Shown here: one piece after another, positions 53,401 to 64,000 of the stretch | Numbering within the stretch: position 1 is the stretch's first letter | Layout: each line of letters starts with the position of its first letter | Source of the DNA: Cyanophora paradoxa CCMP329 | Taxonomy: Eukaryota; Plantae; Glaucophyta | DNA length: 64,000 bases | Direction of reading: 5' to 3' | Assembly: GCA_004431415.1 (NCBI GenBank) | Contig: QPMI01000040.1 | Coordinates: forward strand, 124,001 to 188,000 | Notes under the pieces: generated by a model | Database searches by the model: none | What the model was told of the DNA's origin: nothing | Seen by the model: the letters and a program-made list of their open reading frames with translations, nothing else | Translations under genes and position numbers: made by a program

Positions 53401-56400
53401 GACGCCTTCGCCGACGCTGTGTACACCGTCAACCCCCGTGCGCCGTTGCCTCCGGTCGCGTTTCATTGCTTGTGACGCGCTCTTCAGCCGCGACGGTCAC
53501 GGCGGTCAGTCCCACCGACGGCCCCTACAACGGAAACCGCGTTGTCACCGTCTTCGGCACCAACTTCTTCGCGGTCGACCCGGGCATCGTCGCGGCGTTC
53601 GGCGCGGCCTACACCACGACGTCCGCCCGCCCGCCCGCCCGCCCGCCGGCGAGTCTCGCCGCTCGCGACGCGCCGCCCACGCTTCTCGCGCGCGCGCAGC
53701 ACGGTCACGCTGGTCAACTCGACGCAGCTCGAGTTCCTGGCGCCGACGATGGCCATGGCCGCCGGCCTTTACGACGTCGTTCTGACGTCGCCCCGCTTCG
53801 GCGTCGCCAACGGCTCGCAACTCTTCACCGTCAACCCCGTGCGCGCATTTCTTCTCTTCCTGCCCCGCTCGCCCACTTCGCGGGATGTAACGGGCCGCTT
53901 CTTCGTCCGCAGAGGCCTTCGTCGACTACACGATCCCGGCGGACTGGTCCTACAACGGCGGCGTATCGCTCACCATTTTCGGGCGGAATTTCTTCGAGGC
54001 GGAGGCGGGCGTGGCCGTCACGGTGGGCGGCGCCTCCTGCACCTCGGTCGTCGTGCTCAACGCGACGGCCATCAACGTGACGCTGCCGGTGCCGATTCCG
54101 TACGCGGTTTCGAACCCGCCGATGGTGGTCGAGTCCTACCGCTTCGGCACAGCCAACAGCACCTACTTTCGTGTCAACCCGCGTGCGCTCCGCTCCCTTT
54201 TCCGCTCTGTCTTCGCCGCCCTCATGGGCCGCACCAGCGATGAACGTCACGTCGGTGACGCCCACGAACGGCCCGCTGCGCGGCAACACGACGGTCACCA
54301 TCTCCGGGACGGGCTTCCCCTCGACGACCCGACCGTCGTTCTCTCCCTCGGCGGCGCGCCGTGGACGAACTTCACCATCTCGTCCTCGACGCAGATCCTC
54401 GCGACGATCCCGTCGTACCCGCTTCCAGTGCGCCGCAGCCGATTCGGCTACCTGCCTTCGTGCGCTGTTTCTCTGCTCTGAACTCTTGTGCAGGCGGGCA
54501 CGTACGCCGTCGGCATCACCGCCGAGCGCTACGGCTCCGCGACGCTCGCCGGGGGGTACACGCTCAACCCGGCGGCGACGATCGCGTCCGTGTACCCCGC
54601 CGAGGGAGGCGACGGGGAGGGAACTTCGTGACGCTCACGGGTACCAACTTCTTCGCGGGCGAGGCGGGCCTCTACGCCACTTTCAACTCGCTGGTCACCG
54701 CCTCCGTCACGGCCCTCTCCACGACCCGCCTCCTCGTCGTTACGCCGCGCGGCGCGGACGGTGCGGCGCTTCTTTGCCTCTGAGAGCTCGCCGGCCGCGT
54801 CTGCCCTCCTAAAGCGACGCCTTCACCTCGCAGTGGGATACCCCCTCATCACCGTGTACTCCGCCCGCTTTGGAGAGGCGACCACCTCGTCGTACAGGGT
54901 CTTCCCCGGTGCGCGCCGCGGTCTTCCTCTCCCCTTCGGCTCTGCCGTCCATTTGAATCCGACCCCGCCCTCCCTCCAGAGCCCTACATCTCGTACAGCG
55001 TGCCCAGCGATGGGCCCTTCGTCGGCGGGAACCGAATCACAGTGCGCGGGCGGCGGGCGCCGGCTCGTGAGGTTACATAATAAAACTCCTGAACTTTTCG
55101 GGCAGCTCTTCGGGCAGAACTTCGTGGCGAACGAGACGGCGACGGAGGTCGACATCACGATCTTCACCGTCGGCTCCCCGTCCGTCTTCCGGCCGCCTTC
55201 CTTCGCCGTCACGTCGAACACGACCATCGAGGCCCGCCCGCCCGCCCGCCCGCCCGCCGCGACCCGACCCGACGCCCGCGGGGGAGCGATCGTCTTAGGG
55301 GAGCCAGGACGCTAAAAACGGCTCTATAGAGGTGCTGTAGGGAAGCTGAGTCGTGGGGACCTGTACCAACGTCCGTGTCGAGGAGGAGAGACATTATTCT
55401 CTCCTAACATATCGCGTGTAGCCCTGCCGTCGAAGCCCTCCTCCGCGTGTCTGTCGGCCCTCTGCAGCTGACGCTGCTCGCAGCTGACGGTGCCCGGCGT
55501 GAGCCTGGGCGCCGGCCTCCAGAACGTCACCGTGGACTCCATCCGCTTTGGTTTCATCTGGGCGACCGTATACACCGTCAACCCGCGTGCGCCCCGCCCG
55601 CGCCCGCCCGCGCCCCGGTTGGTTGGTCGCCTCCGAGATGCAGAGCCGCGCGACGCAGAGCCGACGGTCGCGTCCACGTCCCCGTCCAACTTGCCCTCCG
55701 CCGAGTGCCACGGCATGGCCGTCACCATCATCGGCACCAACTTTATCGTGAACGACACCGTCACGGCCCGGCTCGGCAAGCCTTTCGCTAATACGATACA
55801 GCTCCATAGCCTCTCGCGCTGACCGCCGGGCGCCCGGCCCGCAGGCTCCGTCACCCTCGAGAACGTGACCGTGGTCTCCGGCACGTCCCTGGGGGGCGTC
55901 CTCCCCGCCACGGGCGCGTTTCCCGTCGGCGGCGTGACCGTCACCATCTCTTCGACGCGGACGGGCTCCGCCACGCGCGCCAACGGGTTCACGTTCAACC
56001 CCCGTGCGCCCCGCCGTTTCCTCTGGCGTCGCGCGTGTACGCCATTGACCTTCGTTCTGCTTCGCGCTCCGACACGCAGCCGCCACCATCGGTCTAATCC
56101 GCCCGACTTCTGCCCCCTTCGCGTCGTCCACCGCCACTGTCACGATCCTGGGTACCGGGTTCTTCACCGTCGACCCGGGGATCAACGCCACCGTCGGCGC
56201 CACGTACCCGCCCGCCTCCAACATCCAGCTCTTCACCACGACCCGGTACCCTCGCCCCAGTCGCCCCACTCCGATTCCGATCCGTTCTGACGCCGCCCGC
56301 GCAGCATCCAGCTCGTTGTCTCGCCTGCGTCGCTGGGCGTGGGACAGCACCCCATCCGCCTCCTCTCCCCGCGCTTCGGCACCGCCCTCTCCCCCACGAA

Positions 56401-59400
56401 CTTCACCGTCAACCCCCGTGCGACCCCGCGGCCTGCTCAGCGAAGCTCTGAGCTCTAGATCTCCATCCAACAAGAGCTATTAGCTCTAGAGGCAGAGCTC
56501 TAGGTCTAGGTCTAGGTCTAGAGCTTTTACAGCTCTTTGTCATTGAAGACCTAGCTCAGCTCTCCTCCGCTCCGCTCCACTGACGCTCGCCCGCCTTCCC
56601 CGCAGCGGGCGCCATCGCCAGCGTCATCCCGAACAGCCGCCCCGTCTCCGGCGGCTACTCGGGTCAGCCGCCGTCTCCTCGGCCCCGCGCTCCGCCCACG
56701 CTGAGTCGCCGCCGGGGCCGCCCGCAGTCACGATCCTGGGGGAGAACCTCGGGGGAGGCGACGTCAGCTTCGTCAGCCTCGCCGGCGTGCCCGCCGTCGC
56801 CATCACATTCCAGAACTCGTGCGGGCCCTCCAGCTCCCGCCCTGCTCTGCTCTGCTCTGCTCTGCTCTGGCCCTAGATCTTTAAATAGTCCGCTTGAACG
56901 GGCCGCGCGCCCGTTGGGGAAACGAGGGCGGCCCCTCCCGCCCTGCTCTGGTCCCTCGTCCCTGACACGTTCGTTCGCTCTTTCGCTTCGCAGGACGTGC
57001 GTAGAGGTCACGACCGGCGCCGGCCCCGCCCTCATCTCCGGCGGGCCCGTCGCGCTCCTCTCGCCGACCTTCGGCAACACCACCCAGGACGGCCTCTTCT
57101 CGCTCAGTGCGCCCCTCCCTCCTGAGCGGCGCTGTGCGATGCCTAAGCGAATCTAATTCGTTTAAACCAAATTATTATACATGGTGCTCTTTTTCCGCCT
57201 CGCGTTCTGTTATTCAATGATGCTGAGAGGGGGCGAGTGCGTCCCTCCTAAGCGATCCTAAGACACGATCCTCCGCAGCGTGCGAGACGGACACGATCTG
57301 CATCGCGGAGCCGAAGACGGGCCCGGCCGCCGGCGGCACAACTGTGACCATCTACGGCGACAACGTCAGCGACGGGGCGGCCGGGGACGTCACCGCCGCC
57401 TCCGTCACCTTCGGATCGGTGGGCGAAGCCGGAACTGTGAACTAAGTAACTAGCAACTAACTAACTAACTAAGAAAGCAATGAACAAACTAGCTGGACAA
57501 ACCTTACAGGTAACAAACGTAACGCAACTGACTAGGGAGCCGCGCGCGCGCGCGCAGGTGGCGGCGGCGTCGCTCGTGTCGTTCAGCGCGACGCAGGTGC
57601 TCGCGCTCGCGCCGAGCGCGGCTCGAAGATGTCCTAAGATAGATAGAAGGCCTAAGATGTCCACTTTGCGGCCACTCCCCCTAGGGCCTCAACCCTCATC
57701 TCCGCAGGTCGTCGTGACGACGGCGGCCTCGACGACGACCACCGGCCCCGTCGACGTCACGGTCGTCTCCCTCAGCAAGGGCTCCAAGACCCTCGCCCGG
57801 GGCTTCACCTACCGGCCCCGTGCGCACACGCACGCGCGGCGCCGCGCGGCGCTCCCCCGCCTCGTTCTGACTTGCGTGGGGCAGTGCTCGGGAAGCCGCG
57901 CGCCGTAGGGACGATGGACGCCCGCGAGTCCCAGGCGAGCCTTGTTTGTCCCTGTGAGACAAGCTAGCTTCTATAGGAACCCAGCGTCCTAGCTTCTAGC
58001 TTCCAGCTTCTAGCTTCTAGCTTCTAGCTTCTAGCTTCTAGCTTCTAGCTTCTAGCTTCTAGCTTCTAGCTTCTAGCTTCTATAGAAACCTATCGAGTCC
58101 CCGGCGAGCCTTCGTCCCTGCGAGAGTGATGAGATCCGTTGCCTTGAATTCGAAATCTAACACCCCCGCCCTGTTCAGATGAGCCTCGTGTGGATCACGC
58201 CGGGGACCCCCTACGCCGACCCGCCCACCTCGTACCGCCTCAAGCTCTACCTCGGTACCCCCCTCCCATCCCTTCCCCACCCCGCGCCCGCCCGCCCTTG
58301 CTAAATAGCTGACCGCTCCCTCGCCCGCAGTTCGCTCCGGCGCCCTTCTGTCGAACACTGTGTACGACTGGTGGGGCGAGGCGGTGCGCGAGCGCGCGCT
58401 GGCCCCGCTGCAAATTCCATACGTTCGAGGCCTGTCCTAACGAGCGGGCCGGCCGGGCGTGCAGGCAAACACGACGCTGACGGGCCTGATCCGCGGATTC
58501 GAGTACCTCGTCGAGGCGAGCGCGCGCGCGAAGTCTCTGTGTCTAGCGAAGTCTTTGGGTCTAGCGAAGCCATTGCGTCTGCCGGCTGGCTGACTCGGGC
58601 GAATCAGGTGACCGCCATCAACGCGGACGGGGAGGGGCCCCTCCCCGCCTCCAAGCAGTTCAAGACGGAAGGTTCGCTCGGATCAGATCTGAGCCGCCCC
58701 GTCTGCCCGCTCAGATCTGATCTGATCTGATCGATATCTCGATATCTGATCTGAGCCGCGCAGACTACGGCGGCATCGACGGCGCCCTCCGCCGCGTGCG
58801 GCGCCTCCACGTGCGCTTTTTTTCTCGATCAGGCGCCTTCTTTCGCTGCTCAGATCGGATCTGAGCAGGAGCGGATGGGGTGGGCGGCCGGCACGGGCGA
58901 GGCGGGGACGCTGGGCCTGCAGACGACGGCGGGGCGCGGGGGCGACGCCGTGCCCAAGTTCCGATCCGCGCCCGCCGGCCCCGAGCAGAGTGCGCCCGCG
59001 CGAGTCGAGCCGAAACTTAGAAACGAACGAATCTTCGGAACTAGATCTCTTTAGATCCCCCTTCTCCCCCTCGCGCCGTCTAGAAACCGAGTAACATCCT
59101 CCTAAATCATCCCCTCCTCCCCACGCCGCTCCGCCGTCCGCCGCTCCTCGCGCCATTCCAATGCATGCAAGATACTCTCTGGAGCCTCTCGATCCAAATC
59201 TCACCCTCGCCTCACATTCTGGCCTCGCATTCTCGCCTCGCATTCTTCGCCTCACACCCTCCGCCCGCCTCCTCAGCGGTGTCGGTGTGCGCGCGGGGGA
59301 GCCTGGAGGACCCCCTGCTCGACCCGCCCCTCATCCACGGCGCCCGCGTCTGGGTCCGTTCCTTATGGGAGCTTGCACGCGCCTAGATCTTACAGCGCAA

Positions 59401-61170
59401 CGCGCCTGGGTCCCCGGTTACCCCTCCCACCTTCCTTTGCTCGCGTCCGCTCGGGCTGACCCGGCGCCCCGCCCCGCGCCGCCCCCGCCCCCGCCCCCCG
59501 CCCCGCCCCGCCCTAGAGATTAGAGACTTCATAAGTTAGATATTAGGTTGCTCGCGTCCGCTCGGGCTGACCCGGCGCCCCGCCCCGCGCCGCCCCCGCC
59601 CCCGCCCCCCGCCCCGCCCCGCCCTAGAGATTAGAGACTTCATAAGTTAGATATTAGGTTGCTCGCGTCCGCTCGGGCTGACCCGGCGCCCCGCCCCGCC
59701 CCCGCCCCGCCCCCGCCCCCGCCCGCCCCGCCCTAGAGATTAGAGACTTCATAAGTTAGATATTAGGTTGCTCGCGTCCGCTCGGGCTGACCCGGCGCCC
59801 CGCCCCGCGCCGCCCCGCCCCCGCCCCCCGCCCGCCCCGCCCTAGAGATTAGAGACTTCATAAGTTAGATATTAGGTTGCTCGCGTCCGCTCGGGCTGAC
59901 CCTGCGCCCCGCCCCGCCCCGCCCCGCGCCGCGCCGCGCCGGCAGCTGCGGGACCTTTTCTTCGCGAACAGCCGCGGCATCGCATTCCTCGCCCTCAGCC
60001 CGTGCGCCGCGCCCCGGCCCGTGCCCGCCTCGCATCTGTCTACCAAAAGCCGCCCGGCTCTTCTACCTACGGCTGCCTAATCCTCCTCCTTCGTCCCAAT
60101 CGGGCAGGGAGGACCTGCGTGTGGTGGGCGCCGGCTCGTACGACGTGACCGACGAGGCCGGCGAGCAGGCCGCCGAGAACGCCGCAAGGTGCGAGGCGAA
60201 GGGGAGGGGGGGGAGGGGGGAGGGGGGAGGAGGGGGGGGAGGGGGGGAGGGGGGGGGGATCCGAAATGAGGAGAGGTTGCCTCCGATCTAGAAGCCTAGA
60301 GATTGGGAGAGGAGGAGGAGGGGAGGGAGCAGGCCAAGGAGGACCTAGGGTGGGAAGGAGGGAGTGGAAGGGGGGGAGCCGGGTCCGATATGACGGAGAA
60401 AGAGCCAGGTGCGAGGCGAAGGAGAGCGCAAAGGAACGCTCAAAGTCCTATCGCCTCCGGTCCTATCTAGCCCCCTGTAATCCGATTTGATCCGATCTGA
60501 TCTGATCTGCTCTGATCTGATCTGATCTGCCGCCGGCAGCCTGGCGATCGAGCTGACGGGCAAGTGGGACGGCTTCTTCGTCGTCGTCGTGCGCCCGCAC
60601 AGCATTAGAGCCATCGAGACTTCGTCTGATGCCGGGGGTACCGGTGCGCGGCAGGGGACGCGGGACTCGTGCTACGCGCCGGACGTGCGCGCCCGCCAGC
60701 GCGCCTCGGCCGCCCTCCAGGTGCCCTTTGCCTTCCCCCCATCGATCCCGAGCAGCGCAATCTTAGCTTATCATTTGATTTCTAGGCCGCTTCTAGCTCT
60801 TAATAGGCCTAGATTTCTAGGTGCCCTTTGCCTTTGACTTCCCTCCATCGATAGGCCGCTTCTAGCTATAGCTTTAATTTAGCCTTTCCTCCTCATTCTT
60901 CAGCTAAGCCTCTCCCCTCGCCAGTGGCTCGGGGGCGACCCGGAGCGCATCGAGGCGGCCCTGTCGTCGCCCGACGGGAGCTACGCGCTGGTCGGCTGGG
61001 GCGGCTACGGCCCCCGCGACGGGAGGGACGCCGTGACCTCGTCGCGGATGCGCGACCCCGACGGGAGCGGGATGGCCGCAGTCGGCTCGGCCGAGGCCTG
61101 CGCGGTGCTGAGGCTGAGGGAGGACGAGGCGGGCAACTGGCGCTACAAGATGGTCTTCGACGGGCGATGA
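44472..61170 (+). CDS. Large secreted multidomain protein: signal peptide, beta-propeller-like blades, IPT/TIG array, FN3, ILEI/FAM3-like C-terminal domain (many introns)
   Basis: Signal peptide MGRFRG...LVYAATWACLLCAAE|A (intron 44596-44660). Blade-like repeats (SGVLYVGLDTIPARIVRV, SGYAYFGMYATNGSVARVDL, DPANAFLYLG...LYKVRLSDF). IPT units (e.g. VTSVTPTNGPLRGNTTVTISGTGF...YTLNP). FN3 (SLVWITP...SYRLKLY...LTGLIRGFEYLVEVTAINADGEGP). ILEI-like (RGIAFLALSP...YDV...DGFFVVV.GTRDS...AALQWLG...SYALVGWGG). Stop TGA at 61168-61170. Not every exon boundary was resolved. Confidence 0.8.
46943..56010 (+). repeat. Intragenic tandem duplication of about 4.53 kb (46943-51480 and 51481-56010) covering late propeller blades and 9 IPT domains
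   Basis: Junction ...aacccccgtgcgcc|ccgtcgatcccgccaac at 51480/51481. The ORF track repeats at an offset of about 4530-4538. The copies differ by scattered 1-nt indels. Confidence 0.95.
57989..58080. repeat. (CTAGCTT)n microsatellite, about 13 units, inside GC-AG intron 57935-58178
   Basis: Directly visible. Confidence 0.95.
59437..59935. repeat. Intronic minisatellite, 109-111-bp unit x 4 plus a partial copy
   Basis: Unit starts (ttgctcgcgtccgctcgggctgacc...) at 59437, 59548, 59659, 59768 and 59877. Each full unit ends ctagagattagagacttcataagttagatattagg. Confidence 0.95.
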
Positions 61171-62231
61171 TACGAGTTTTCGGGTCTAGATCTATAGTAG
61201 GGACAGGTAGAAGTACGTAGCGGTAGTTTCATGAGTTCTAGATTCAGTTTCAACAGGAGTCTGAGTTTCTTAATTCGAATTCAGAAATCGTGACCGTGAC
61301 AATGATCAGAGCGTTAATCCGGTGCCTTCAGTGGCTGATGAGTACATGTGATGAGTGGCTGATGAGTCGCGATTGCCCTGATGATCATGAGCCTCGGACT
61401 GGGTACTCGGTGATGATCGGATAGCTCTGCGATCAGGTTGCCGACTCAGCTGCAGTAATCATGTACAGGCCTTTGCAAATCACTGAGCCATGCCATCTTG
61501 AAGCCTGCCATCATGCATCATGGCAGACATACGTAACTTGCCGAGTTAACACTGTGACGCCGTGACGGCGGTCGCGCATTATGGTCAGCGGGTTGCCAAG
61601 TTGGCAGCTGCCGTGGCCGCATGCCTTGATCATGGTCGTCATCATGATCATGATCATGATGCAATATATGCCATGATGCGAAAGGGTGATCATTTATTCA
61701 AGGCGGCCGCATGCCTTGCATTTGCAATTGATAATGATGCCATGATGCATCTGCGCAATTTAATTGAAGGTGCGCAGGGCGAAATTGCCGAATTTCGGAA
61801 GCTGAGCTATCTGCACTGCGGCAGAAGCGCAAAATTTGCATTTACAGCTGCTAAGATAGATCGGAGCGTAGCTAGCCTATAGCTACATCAGTTCGATCTA
61901 CATCTAGATCTAGATCCGGACAGTATCCCGAAGTGGAGTGGACGCATAAAGTACATGTACAGCGGTGGAAAAGTGGAAGATGTACAGCAGAAAAGATGGA
62001 TCCGGAGCTCAGAAATCAGAAGACGCGAAGATTTTTCGTAAAGGCTTTGGCCAGGGGGCCTCCGAAGGGGCTGGCCCAAGGCCAGTGGCCTTGGGGGTGA
62101 GGTAGGGGTGAGGCGCCGATTGAGCTTGCCGGCGAACCCGGCCCGGGCCCGACCCGACCCGGGGCGCCGCAGTGCGGGTCCGGCGCCTCCGCCCCGCCCC
62201 GCTCCGCGGGCGCGCTTGCTCTTGCTCGTGA

Positions 62232-64000
62232 TCACTCGCGTTTGAGCTTGCCCTTGGGCGGCCGCACGAACACGCTGCGAGCGCGGCCTCAGAAAGAGAG
62301 TTCGAAAGAGATTAGATCTCAAACAATCCTCTTTTCAGAAAGTCCGGCCTCTAGACAGCCTCCCTGGGGTACATCTGGATGTAATCCATATAAAGGAGCG
62401 GGATCTAGAGCGAAAGGCAAGGCGAGATCAAGGTCTAGATCAAGGGCGGGAGGCGAGGCACCGGAGGATGATGTAGGCCATGAGGCGGAAGCCGACGATG
62501 AGGCAGAGGAGCCACACGAAGTAGAGCCCGACCGACACCTGCCGGGGGGGAAGAAGGGGGGGGGGGGGGGGGGGGGGGAAGGGGTCAGTCATGTGGGTCA
62601 TGTGGCCATCTAGAAACGTAGCTCCTGATTCTAAACCTAGCTTCTAGCTGAACGCTTGGGCGCGCGCCCGAGCTGAACTTGGGCACGCGCCCGACAGTGG
62701 AGCCGGCGACCGGCCGCGGGGAGGAGGGGCGGGGCGGGGCGCACGCCCTCGAGGCCGAGGCGGCGGAGGATGACGTCACCGTTCGGCGTCGGGCACTGGC
62801 CCCTGCGCGCCCGCCCCAGCCCCGGTCAACGCGCGCGGCCGAAGGGGGCCAAAGGAGGCCGCGGGGGAGACGGCGGGCTGGATGGAAGCTCGGAAGGAAG
62901 CTTTGAGGCACGGGGCGGGGCGGGGCGGGGATCATGGGCACCCGACGAGCTCCGAGGGCTCGTTCTAATTTCTAGAAGCCCAGCTTCTAGCTTCTAACTT
63001 CAGGCTAGGAAGAGGGCTGGTTAAATGGGAGCTATGGGAGCGCAATCTTGGAATCTTAATCTTGGATGGTGAGCGGGGCGGGGATCATGGGCACCCGACG
63101 AGCTCGGAGGGCTCGCAGGAGAACTGCACCCCGCTGAACCTGCGCCCGCGCCGTGAGGGACCCAGGACACCACAGCCGAGACCAAGCCCTTCCCCTAGGG
63201 CCTGGGCCCCGAGGGCGGACGCGGCCCCGCCGTGAGGGGCGCGAGGGGGCGCCCTAGGAGACCGCGGGGGGCTCGGCGCGGGGGGCCCGGGCCCACTCAC
63301 TCGTTAATGGCCACGATCGCGAAGCCGTCTGCAGAGGGGGGGGGAAGAGAGAGGGGGTACAATGTTGGCTGGAGGCCCGGGGTCAGCCGCGGGCGGCGCG
63401 CGCACATTTGACGAAGGAGAGCCACTGCCGGGCGCGGGCGGTGAGCGGGGGGAATCGCGCGGGGCGGGGCCGGGGCCGGGGCGGGCGGGGCGGGGCCGGG
63501 TCCGAGGCAAGGGCGGGGCGGGCGGGGCGGGGCGGGGCCATGGGTACCTGAATCCAGCGGAGCCAGACGGGGATAGTGTCGTTGTTCGCTGTTGTTCCAA
63601 GGTCAGAGGTGGGTGCAACCGGCCGTTTCGAGCCGAGGCCCGCGCGGGAGTCCGCTCGGCCCGGCCAGGCCAGGCCCGGCCCGCGCCCCGCTATGTATCT
63701 AGGCCCCGGCGCCGGCGTCGCCGCCCCGGGCGGACCGTAGAAGCCGCCGAAGAGGAGGAGGATGATGGTCGTCGTCGACCCGATCGCCGTCGCCGCCTGC
63801 GCATGCCGCCCAAGGCGCGCTGGTCAGCCGGGCATGCGGGCGTCGGGAAGCCAGGGCGAAAGAAGGAGGCGGCACCTGGACGTTCGGGGAGGCGGCGCTC
63901 ACCGCCAGCCCCACGCTCTGCGGGCCCCAAGCGATCCGATCCGATCAGATCGGCCCGGGGCGGGGCGGGGCGGGGCGGGGCCCCCGCGCGCGGCTTCAGG
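62232..64000 (-). CDS. ABCG-family (White/ABCG2-like) transporter, C-terminal transmembrane domain; gene continues beyond the window
   Basis: Spliced translation from 63917: SVGLAVSAASPNVQ|AATAIGSTTTIILLLFGGFY|ANNDTIPVWLRWIQ|WLSFVK|YGFAIVAINE|FSGVQFSCEPSELVG|GQCPTPNGDVILRRLGLEG|VSVGLYFVWLLCLIVGFRLMAYIILR|VFVRPPKGKLKRE*. This is a typical ABC2-membrane signature. Confidence 0.9.

Noticed and set aside
57989-58080. Telomere-like repeat
   Set aside because: The unit CTAGCTT lacks the G-run of telomeric repeats and lies inside an intron.
44472-61170. Calling the IPT gene a plexin or fibrocystin ortholog
   Set aside because: No PSI, G8, TM or GAP domains are seen; only the generic IPT modules are shared.
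61562-61882. 106-aa ORF with HDHDHD
   Set aside because: It has a GTG start, no recognisable homology and codon usage unlike the host genes; the His/Asp run comes from a (CATGAT)n repeat.
1-64000. rRNA/tRNA genes, transposase or reverse transcriptase ORFs
   Set aside because: None are recognisable by eye; tRNAscan-SE, Infernal and RepeatModeler would be needed to exclude them formally.

Overview
This is GC-rich eukaryotic (protist-type) genomic DNA with many short spliceosomal introns (mostly 50-150 nt, CTGAC-like branch points, a large share of GC-AG donors), so most ORFs in the six-frame track are shadow or unspliced ORFs. Manual splicing gives four genes. (1) A 5'-truncated UBR4/BIG-type E3 ligase C-terminal module on the + strand, present twice. 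(2) A giant secreted protein gene on the - strand (14817-44178). Five small 5' exons, the first ending in a signal peptide, splice in frame onto one 28.3-kb intron-free exon, giving about 9,640 aa with roughly 215-225 copies of a 39-aa beta-fibre-like repeat and a Cys/Trp-rich C-terminal domain. (3) A second large secreted protein on the + strand (44472-61170), head-to-head with (2) and only 293 bp away: signal peptide, beta-propeller-like blades, 12 IPT/TIG domains (21 as assembled), FN3 and an ILEI-like domain. (4) The 3' end of an ABCG (White-like) transporter on the - strand. Two near-identical duplications (about 8.7 kb+ and 4.5 kb) differ mostly by homopolymer indels and may be long-read assembly artefacts. 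The best candidate for an undescribed system is the divergent pair: a phage-tail-fibre-like megadalton filament plus an IPT/lectin-like partner. The organism cannot be identified from the sequence alone.
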